Shown: positions 9,005 to 15,734 of the stretch, piece by piece
How the letters are laid out: the number at the start of each line of letters is the position of its first letter
How positions within the stretch are numbered: the first letter of the stretch is position 1
Notes under the pieces: model-generated
Databases searched by the model: none
Told to the model about the DNA's origin: nothing
Seen by the model: the letters and a program-made list of their open reading frames with translations, nothing else
Source of the DNA: an uncultured Deinococcales bacterium
GTDB lineage: Bacteria > Deinococcota > Deinococci > Deinococcales > JAAFIG01
Length of the DNA stretch: 20,499 nt
Direction of reading: 5' to 3'
NCBI GenBank assembly: GCA_964247135.1
Contig: CAXTTL010000068.1
Location: 1 to 20,499, forward strand
Translations under genes and position numbers: made by a program

Positions 9005-9062
9005 CAGTTTGCAATTTGGCGCGTCGCATGGGCGTCGCACGTGTATTCGCGTCGCGCGACGC
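9005..9062 (-). promoter_or_regulatory. Promoter P2: GCGACGC-ccat-GCGACGC-N9-CAAACTG, plus an upstream palindromic heptamer pair
   Basis: Heptamers at 9032-9038 and 9021-9027; -10-like box at 9006-9011; extra GCGTCGC-GCGACGC palindrome at 9049-9062. Confidence 0.8.
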
Positions 9063-9141
9063 CAGCAAAAATACTGTGCAGGATTGATTTCTCGAACGTA
9101 TTGATACCAAACCATCATTGCGCCGAAGTTGATGTTTGGTG

Positions 9142-9306
9142 ATCGATGTCTGGCTTCAACCGCTAGAGACTGCCAATATGCAGCTCGAGTTTTACAGCAA
9201 AAAGCGTTTGTCTGAGACAAACGCTTTTTGCTAACGGTGTTGGCATTCAAAAACGATTGGGTTTCTCGAGATCAGCTTGACAATTTATTCTGAGCGGACA
9301 CCGATT
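9142..9306 (+). pseudogene. Decayed 5' fragment of a BTAD-STAND regulator paralogous to 15735..18644
   Basis: About 75% nt identity by hand alignment to 15735-15900, with a 25-nt exact match (9255-9279 = 15849-15873). ATG is replaced by ATC, there is a +2 frameshift near 9199-9204 and TGG has become TGA at 9291. The remnant reads LAFKNDWVSRDQLDNLF*ADTD versus LAFKADWVSRDQLANLFWSDTD. Confidence 0.9.
9196..9232. terminator. Perfect 18+1+18 palindrome shaped like a bidirectional intrinsic terminator
   Basis: AGCAAAAAGCGTTTGTCT-G-AGACAAACGCTTTTTGCT: A5 tract, stem and T5 tract on both strands, about 120 nt downstream of the HEAT gene stop. Confidence 0.7.
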
Positions 9307-9337
9307 TGCGTGGGATTGAAATTGAAAACTCGAGTGT

Positions 9338-9346
9338 TCAGGTCAT
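9338..9346 (-). other. SD-led minigene ATG-ACC-TGA (Met-Thr-stop), copy 2
   Basis: Minus strand reads GAGGT-gcaacc-ATGACCTGA; the SD overlaps the TGA stop of the HEAT gene. Confidence 0.45.
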
Positions 9347-9355
9347 GGTTGCACC

Positions 9356-10540
9356 TCATCCCTGCAACACTCGAGCCGCCGCCATTCGCACCTCGAGCTG
9401 TTCGTGGTTGAGAAGCGGTTGAACGGCGTGTTTGCCCGTTTCGCCAAGCGTGCAAAGTTGGTCGGCGGCGGCACTGCGAATGCGCCAATCGCTGTCTTGC
9501 AGCAACTCGAGCAGCGTGGTTTGGTCATGGTTGCCGAGCCTGCGAATCGCGGCGATGCGCACGGTTCTGGCGCTGGCTTGCAAGGCACGAGTGCGGTTGT
9601 TGCCCGCTGCTCCCGCCCGTATCGCTGCGGCTTGCACTTCGGGGTTTTGGGTTTGGTCTGCCAGTCGCTCGAGGTCTTGGCTGTACTGGTGACTGATGGC
9701 GGGTGTGCTGGCGGCTTGAATGGCTTCGAGTTGCAATTGCGCGTCGTGCATCGCCAGGTCGGTCAGGCTCGAGAGGTTTGGAGATTCCGTTTTGGTGGCA
9801 AGCTCGAGCAACCAAGCCCGAGTCTCGCGGTTGAGTTTTTCCCAAGCCTGACTGAGCGCTGCAATGATTGATTCAGGTTGAACCTCGAGCCATTCTCGGG
9901 CGCGGTCTGCGAACGCGCCACGCAATTCGGTCAACCAAAGTTCGGTGTGATGCTCGAGGTTTGGGACGATGCCCGAAAAGTGCTCGGCTGCCAACGACAA
10001 GCGCAAATTCACGGCGCTCGAATCGTCGCTCGAGACTCTCCAGGCGTTCGCCACGGCTTGCGCACGGTCTGAATCGTTGCCCAGCAAACTGCGCTCGAGG
10101 TGTTCACGGATTGTGGGGTCGTCGTCCTGCACCAACCTCCCGAGGGCACACAGGCGCTCGTTGGTGTCATCGGACAAAAACCAAATTTGCTCGAGCGCCG
10201 TTGTGACGCGTGAATCGGATGGCATGGCACCCAGGGCTGCCAGCAGGTACAGGCGCATCTCTGGGCTGAAAACATGCTCGAGTTCGGAGCGCAAGACCGC
10301 AATCAGGTCGCGGCTTTGGTGTGACCCCAAAGCCAGCGCGGCTTCGGGGTCGATGGCGATGGCTTCGAGTACACTGAGGCGGGTCAAGAGGTCGTTGGAT
10401 TCGATGGCGGCGAACAAATCGGCGGCGGTCTCGAGTCGCAATTCATCCTCAATTTCTTCAGCCCCCAAGGCTCGAGCGCTGGCAAATTGAGCCTCAAGCG
10501 CCGTCTCGAGTTGCTGGGCAATTTCAGAAGGCTGCATCAT
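9356..10540 (-). CDS. HEAT-repeat (PBS-lyase-like) alpha-solenoid protein
   Basis: Repeated units PEMRLYLLAALG, PEVQAAAIRAG, RTVRIAAIRRLG, LLQDSDWRIRSAAADQL and LLNHEQLEVRMAAARVL. ATG 10540 overlaps the upstream stop (ATGA). Confidence 0.88.
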   Translation of the reverse strand: MMQPSEIAQQLETALEAQFASARALGAEEIEDELRLETAADLFAAIESNDLLTRLSVLEAIAIDPEAALALGSHQSRDLIAVLRSELEHVFSPEMRLYLLAALGAMPSDSRVTTALEQIWFLSDDTNERLCALGRLVQDDDPTIREHLERSLLGNDSDRAQAVANAWRVSSDDSSAVNLRLSLAAEHFSGIVPNLEHHTELWLTELRGAFADRAREWLEVQPESIIAALSQAWEKLNRETRAWLLELATKTESPNLSSLTDLAMHDAQLQLEAIQAASTPAISHQYSQDLERLADQTQNPEVQAAAIRAGAAGNNRTRALQASARTVRIAAIRRLGNHDQTTLLELLQDSDWRIRSAAADQLCTLGETGKHAVQPLLNHEQLEVRMAAARVLQG

Positions 10541-11667
10541 TTGGTTGCGCCCCCAAACACGACCTTGCGCCTGGTTTGTGGCGCGGCTGGACCACAACCG
10601 CAACTGCCTTGCGCATCAAAAGACTTGTTGACCGTGCCAATGGTGTTCTCGAGCGCGTTGAACGCATCGGTGTCGGTTCCCAGGTTCACGCCTGCCAGCG
10701 CGGAAATAAAATCGATGATGCTCCAGGTCCATTTCTGTCCAAAGTACCCAAACCTCGAGTGCGAAAGCGCCAGTTCAATGCCCACCCGTACTTCAACGCG
10801 GCTGGTCTGTTTGATGTTGAGGGTGAGTTTGGTATCGGCATTGTCGGCTTTGTCACCGGCGGCGTTGCGATCACCAATCGTGCGGCTGGCATCAAAACGC
10901 AAGTTGTTGTACGACTGCTTGCCGATCACAATTTCGCTGGGGGCAATGGTGATCGGAAACCCAACTTGTACCACAGGTCCGGCAATCACATTGCCACCAA
11001 AGCGTTGCAGCAGGGCGTTGGCGGCTTTGGTGAACGGAATCAGGTCAATCACGTTCAGTGTGCCTTCGATACCTGGGGTCAGTTGAATGTTGCCTTTGGA
11101 TTTCCATTCGCCGTTGCGGGTTTGAAACATGTCAAAATCGAGTGTCCCCGCATTCGAGGTGCGTGGTTTGTCCGAGCCTTTTGCCGAAGAACCGCCTGTG
11201 CTGGCTCGAGAGATCAGAAAATCGAGGAAAGTCTTGAGGATGTTGATGCGGAATTCGCCGTTGCCTTGCAGCCTTGGAAAGATGCGCGGCGGGAAGATGT
11301 CGTAATTCCAGGTCAGGGCGAATTCCAAACCGACCTGAATGCCGCCCGCAAAACCGTCCTGCGTGCCGTCGCCGTACTTTCCAGCCCAGTTGAGCTGAAC
11401 GGCGGGTTGGTCTGGGTTGTCAAAATTGCCACCGACTTCGGTGTTCATTGCCCAGGCTGGACCGCAGATGCCAAAGAAATAACTCCAACGCACGTTGACA
11501 ATCACATTGATAAAAAAACTTTCAAATCTAACGTCGATCAGCACACGTTGCACGTTTGAACCTTGCACGCTGGCACGCAATGTGCCCAGGGCGGGAATGA
11601 TTGCAAAGCCCTGACAGATGTCCAAAGACGGTGAGGTCTCGAGGGTGGTGATGGCAAGATCGGGCAT
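10537..11667 (-). CDS. Hypothetical beta-strand-rich protein, 376 aa, no recognisable family
   Basis: AAGGAG SD and operon position. Long alternating strands (GGIQVGLEFALTWNY, RVEVRVGIELALSH), no signal peptide, C-terminal GSCGCG and a basic tail. Confidence 0.8.
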   Translation of the reverse strand: MPDLAITTLETSPSLDICQGFAIIPALGTLRASVQGSNVQRVLIDVRFESFFINVIVNVRWSYFFGICGPAWAMNTEVGGNFDNPDQPAVQLNWAGKYGDGTQDGFAGGIQVGLEFALTWNYDIFPPRIFPRLQGNGEFRINILKTFLDFLISRASTGGSSAKGSDKPRTSNAGTLDFDMFQTRNGEWKSKGNIQLTPGIEGTLNVIDLIPFTKAANALLQRFGGNVIAGPVVQVGFPITIAPSEIVIGKQSYNNLRFDASRTIGDRNAAGDKADNADTKLTLNIKQTSRVEVRVGIELALSHSRFGYFGQKWTWSIIDFISALAGVNLGTDTDAFNALENTIGTVNKSFDAQGSCGCGPAAPQTRRKVVFGGATK

Positions 11668-11690
11668 GATTTAACTCCTTTGGATTGAAT

Positions 11691-13115
11691 TTAAACGGGC
11701 AAACCCAAGACCAGCGATTGACTGTCGTCCTCGTGAATCACGACAAACACCAGTCGTCCCTCATCGTCGCTGTGCATTGCCGAATAACCGACGCCGATAA
11801 AGTCGCTGACTGGGCTGGGATGGTTGACCAGCAGATCGCCGGTTTTCAAAATCGTGCGCGACCCGCTGCCGTTGCTGGCGAGCAACTCGATGCCCGCGCT
11901 GGTTTGAACCATGAAAAACGTGATGCCGTCGGTCGCCAGTTGCGGCGTGGCGATGGCTTTGACCACATTGCCCGTCGGCGAACGATCACCCGATTGCATC
12001 ACCACGCGGTTGTTGACCACCAATGTATGCTGGCTTCCGTTGTTGACCACGTGCGCAAAGCTCGAGTTTGGTCCACTGCGCGGGGCATAACAGGTCAGTC
12101 CCGAAGCTCGAGAGGGGCTTGAACGCAAGCCGCTCGAGATCGAGCTAGCTTCGACCCGCAGGTTGCTGGGCGAGCCTGTCCTGCGGGTATTGAGCGAGAC
12201 GGTGTTGAGGTTGCCGCGCAAAACGGCAGTTTGTTGTGTGCCTTGGGCATACTGGTTGGCGAATTCTGCGGCGGGGGTCAGCATGGCTTGCAGCACAAAT
12301 TGTCCGCCGTCGTGCAGGCTGATTAAGCCAAATTGCGAGATGACTGGGGCGCTGGTGCTGGCTGCCAAGCTTGTACCGCTGGTCACCACCAAGCTGGCGT
12401 TCTCACCCTCGAGTCCGCGCAGCAAGAACACGCCCTGACGCACGTCTTTGGTGACCTGACCGGTGTTGTGATAGTAATTGGCAACAAAGATCAGGTCATT
12501 GTCGTGAAAGTTCAGGTCGCCGAACATGCCCGCAAATTCGTGACCATCGGTGTTGAGCACATGTTCGTGTAAGACTCGAGTCAAGCCTTGACCCAGGTCG
12601 CAGTAAATGGCTTGCATTTTCATGGGGGCGGTGCCGCCGTCAAAACTGCCGTGCTCATCGGTGGTGTTGTAATTCATCTCGGTTTCGACCCTGACCACCA
12701 GGGCAAGCTGCCCTTTGGCGTTGATGTCGTGGTTGTTCAGTTCGACCACGCGCCGCCCGTCGAGCGTGTCCCCAATCCGCACGATTCGGCTTTCACCCGA
12801 AACTCGAGGGTTGGCAGCGCTGAGGTCGAGTTGCAGGGCGTACAGACCAATTCGGTCTTCACTGTCCATCGCGCCGTACACCACCCGCCCGTTGGCGTCG
12901 ATGGCGGCATCCAGACGCAGGGTCTGACCTCGAGTTCCACCCGGCAACAGGTCGGTGTTGTGTTTGATCGAAAAGAACTGGTAGCCGTTGGGCAACACAC
13001 CGTCCGTGCCCGGGGTTGGCGGCGCGGGGTTGGGATTCGTGGCGCAGGCACTTAAGAGTGCGCCCGAAAAGGTCAAACCCGTGGCTTTGAGAAAATTGCG
13101 GCGATCAATGTTCAT
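11691..13115 (-). CDS. Tat-exported lipoprotein, probable beta-propeller with NxxGxxAF-like repeats
   Basis: MNIDRRNFLK twin-arginine motif plus lipobox LLSA-C and a Pro-rich linker. Repeats IDANGRVVY, INAKGQLAL, LHDGGQFVL and SDDEGRLVF alternate with VRIGDTL, MQSGDRSP and LKTGDLL. GGAGG SD before ATG 13115. Confidence 0.85.
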   Translation of the reverse strand: MNIDRRNFLKATGLTFSGALLSACATNPNPAPPTPGTDGVLPNGYQFFSIKHNTDLLPGGTRGQTLRLDAAIDANGRVVYGAMDSEDRIGLYALQLDLSAANPRVSGESRIVRIGDTLDGRRVVELNNHDINAKGQLALVVRVETEMNYNTTDEHGSFDGGTAPMKMQAIYCDLGQGLTRVLHEHVLNTDGHEFAGMFGDLNFHDNDLIFVANYYHNTGQVTKDVRQGVFLLRGLEGENASLVVTSGTSLAASTSAPVISQFGLISLHDGGQFVLQAMLTPAAEFANQYAQGTQQTAVLRGNLNTVSLNTRRTGSPSNLRVEASSISSGLRSSPSRASGLTCYAPRSGPNSSFAHVVNNGSQHTLVVNNRVVMQSGDRSPTGNVVKAIATPQLATDGITFFMVQTSAGIELLASNGSGSRTILKTGDLLVNHPSPVSDFIGVGYSAMHSDDEGRLVFVVIHEDDSQSLVLGLPV

Positions 13116-13130
13116 AAATGCCTCCAAAGC

Positions 13131-15422
13131 CTAATTGCTGCCCCAACGCGTGCCGTTGGGCGCGGTGTTGACGCTGCCGAATTTGGTGTTGCGTTCGCCG
13201 GTCGGCAGGTCTTCCTCATGCTCGAGCACCAAATTCCAGCCCGGGTGCAGGTTCAGGTCGTATTTGAAGGTGTTGTCCACCAGTCCCGCGCAGGTTTGCG
13301 TGCCAACAACCGTGGTGGCTGCCTCGAGATACCACCAGCTCAGTTTCTCGAGTGAACCGTCCGAGTCTTCGTTGGTGATTTCGACTGGGCTTTTGAAAAC
13401 TGTTTTGTTCCAGATTTCGAGGTTGAGTGCGCCGTATTTGCTGGCGGGTGGTGTCACGGTGATGACTCCCGTGCAATCCGCTCGAGCGGGGTTGAGGGGC
13501 TTCAGGAGGCTTGAGGAGACGGTTGTTGGAAGGCTGGCAGTGACTTCGCCATTCGCACCAAGTGGTGTGCTCAAAATCGTTTGACCGCCCACCGTCAAGT
13601 GCAGGCTGTTGTTGGCAAAGGCAGCTCCAACCGAACCGCTCAGGCTGCTCGAGGTGCTGCCCGTGTCAGGCAAGCCTGGTTCTTTGTCGGCTTCAAAAAA
13701 CCATTCCGAACCCGCTGGCAGTGTGCCCGAAGTGTGCTGGATGGTTTCGTTGTCGTTTTTCAGGGTCACGGTTTCGATCAGCAAATTCCAACCTGGTACA
13801 AAACTGATGTTGTAATCGTGTTCCTCGCCCGCGCCGTCGCCGCTCGGGCAGTTTTCCTGCCCCGTCACCGTGACCGCGCTCGAGGCGTACACCCAATTGA
13901 CGGTAAACCCGCGTCCGCCCACCGCAATCACGCCCAGGGGGGTGCCGTTGCGGTCTGGCTCGAGCGAGGCTTTGACGCCCGTCGGGTTGGCGGGCGTTGA
14001 GGTCACACCGGCGCTGCAACCTTGGGTCAACTCGAGGGCTTCCAAAGCGGCGGCGTCAACGGTGGCGGGCAAGGTCAGGTCAAACTCGCCCGTGGCACTG
14101 AGAACGCCTGTGGTCAAGCTGACGCCCGCATCAGATTGGAGCTTGAGGCTTGCCGCCAGCGTGTCCGTCCAGCCGCCCAACTTGCCGTGCATTCGCGTGG
14201 CGCTGCTGCCTGCATCCTGACCACCGAACTGCCCTGGGGCAACCCCAACGCCGACATCCTCGAGCCTGGTGAGCCATTTCGCCTCGCTTGGAATGCCGGT
14301 TTGATTTTTCCAGGTGGTGGTTTTTAAAAGGCTGTCCTCGAGACGCTGCACGAGATTCCAACCCACCTGCAAATTCAGGTTGTACTGCGTGATGAAGGTC
14401 TCATCGCCGCTGCCGCATTTTTCTTGTCCAGCAATATTGACAGCGCTGGCTGCATACCACCAAGCCGTGGTGCTCGAGTAGGACACCAAGAAGGTTTTGC
14501 CGATGGCGCTGTTGCCCCTGAAAACCGAAAGTCCAAGTTGACCGAGCAGGGCGTTCGGGTTGCTGGCATTAAAATTCCCTTGGCATCCAGCCTCTTTTAA
14601 GCCCGACGCCACACCGAGCAGGGCGGCGTTCGGGGCGGCTGGCAGAGGAATGTTAAAAATGCCGGTCGCTCCGGTGGCAGGGATCGCGGTTGGGGTCAGG
14701 TCGTTGGATTGACCCGTGCCAGGTTTCTCGAGTTTTAAAACCAAACCGTACCCCTGCTCGCCGAGCGTGCCTTGAACTCGAGCGATGGTGCTGCCCGTAT
14801 CTGTACCTTTGGCTGCCGCCAGGTCGTTGGAGGTGCTCACGCCCCAAGTGACGGGCGTATCCAGGGGCGCGTTGCTGAAACTGGTCTCTTTGGCATCGGT
14901 CAGCACCAAATTCCAACCTTGCTGCAAATTCAGGTTGAATTGCGTGTCGTTGCCGATTCTCGAGGTTCGGGTTTTTGCCGATGGACAAACCAGCGTACCG
15001 TTGATGGTTACAGGCTCTTCGGCGTAAACCCAACGTGCCAGTTGATTGCCAGTTTTTGCCACCAGTTCACCCGCCGGTTGCCCAGCAATCTCGAGCGACG
15101 ATCCGACCCAGACCGCCTCGGCATCGGCGGGTTGCACGGTGACGCCAGTGCAGCCCGTTGGGGCTTCAAAAACCGGTCCGAGCGCGTTTACATCTGGCAA
15201 ATCGGGTAGGTTTAAATTGAAGGTGCCACCAGTGATGCCAGTTTCACTCAGCCTAAAAATGGGGTCGCTCGAGAGTGACAGCGCCACGGCTTTGCTGCCG
15301 GCGGGAACTGCAAAGCCCTGAACGTTGCCGCCAACGTTCAAGCCGGTGCTTGGATTGCCGCCGCCGCCGCACGCCACCAGCAACAGCAGCATCCAGGGGG
15401 TCAGTCGTTTGAGTTTTTCCAT
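13131..15422 (-). CDS. Lipoprotein, 763 aa, with four tandem ~185-aa two-cysteine domains
   Basis: Lipobox LLVA-C-GGGG. The motif (Y/F)xxxxxxGWNL recurs with WN codons at 14910, 14355, 13785 and 13233 (185, 190 and 184 codons apart). GGAGG SD. Confidence 0.9.
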   Translation of the reverse strand: MEKLKRLTPWMLLLLVACGGGGNPSTGLNVGGNVQGFAVPAGSKAVALSLSSDPIFRLSETGITGGTFNLNLPDLPDVNALGPVFEAPTGCTGVTVQPADAEAVWVGSSLEIAGQPAGELVAKTGNQLARWVYAEEPVTINGTLVCPSAKTRTSRIGNDTQFNLNLQQGWNLVLTDAKETSFSNAPLDTPVTWGVSTSNDLAAAKGTDTGSTIARVQGTLGEQGYGLVLKLEKPGTGQSNDLTPTAIPATGATGIFNIPLPAAPNAALLGVASGLKEAGCQGNFNASNPNALLGQLGLSVFRGNSAIGKTFLVSYSSTTAWWYAASAVNIAGQEKCGSGDETFITQYNLNLQVGWNLVQRLEDSLLKTTTWKNQTGIPSEAKWLTRLEDVGVGVAPGQFGGQDAGSSATRMHGKLGGWTDTLAASLKLQSDAGVSLTTGVLSATGEFDLTLPATVDAAALEALELTQGCSAGVTSTPANPTGVKASLEPDRNGTPLGVIAVGGRGFTVNWVYASSAVTVTGQENCPSGDGAGEEHDYNISFVPGWNLLIETVTLKNDNETIQHTSGTLPAGSEWFFEADKEPGLPDTGSTSSSLSGSVGAAFANNSLHLTVGGQTILSTPLGANGEVTASLPTTVSSSLLKPLNPARADCTGVITVTPPASKYGALNLEIWNKTVFKSPVEITNEDSDGSLEKLSWWYLEAATTVVGTQTCAGLVDNTFKYDLNLHPGWNLVLEHEEDLPTGERNTKFGSVNTAPNGTRWGSN

Positions 15423-15505
15423 CGCTCTTACCTCCGATGATCAAATGTTCTTGGACAGCTTTGAGACAAAACTCGAGGATCAATTTTGGTCGTTCTGGGT
15501 TTCAA

Positions 15506-15516
15506 ATCACCTCCTT
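15506..15516 (-). promoter_or_regulatory. Full-length SD AAGGAGGTGAT inside the operon 5' leader
   Basis: 11-nt perfect complement of the canonical 16S 3' end, about 85 nt upstream of the lipoprotein ATG, which has its own GGAGG at 15431-15435. Confidence 0.55.
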
Positions 15517-15600
15517 CGAGATTGCGACTTGCCTTGACCTGCACTCCAAAATGGCTTCGGCTCGAGTGGATGTCATGACTTGGCTTATCTGAACTGGCTT

Positions 15601-15634
15601 CAGTATGCCAAAAGGGGCGTCGCATGGGCGTCGC
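15601..15634 (-). promoter_or_regulatory. Promoter P3: GCGACGC-ccat-GCGACGC-N9-CATACTG
   Basis: Heptamers at 15628-15634 and 15617-15623; -10-like box at 15602-15607. It lies in the divergent gap next to the BTAD regulator. Confidence 0.82.
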
Positions 15635-15714
15635 GTAGGGTTAAGCATGTGCCACTCGAGTTTGTCTTGTTGCGCCATTCGTTCGCTGGAGGCTCTCAAT
15701 CGTTTGGCGATTGC

Positions 15715-15723
15715 TGTTAAACT
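15715..15723 (+). promoter_or_regulatory. Extended -10 (TGtTAAACT) of the regulator gene
   Basis: Located 11 nt upstream of ATG 15735. Confidence 0.5.
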
Positions 15724-15734
15724 GATACGGGGAT

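Noticed and set aside
8969-9250. N-terminal extension of the 8777..9250 ORF
   Set aside because: It crosses promoter P2 and the antisense pseudogene; the SD supports ATG 8968.
10576-11559. 327-aa plus-strand ORF
   Set aside because: Antisense shadow of the 376-aa operon gene, which has the SD and operon context; no motif recognised.
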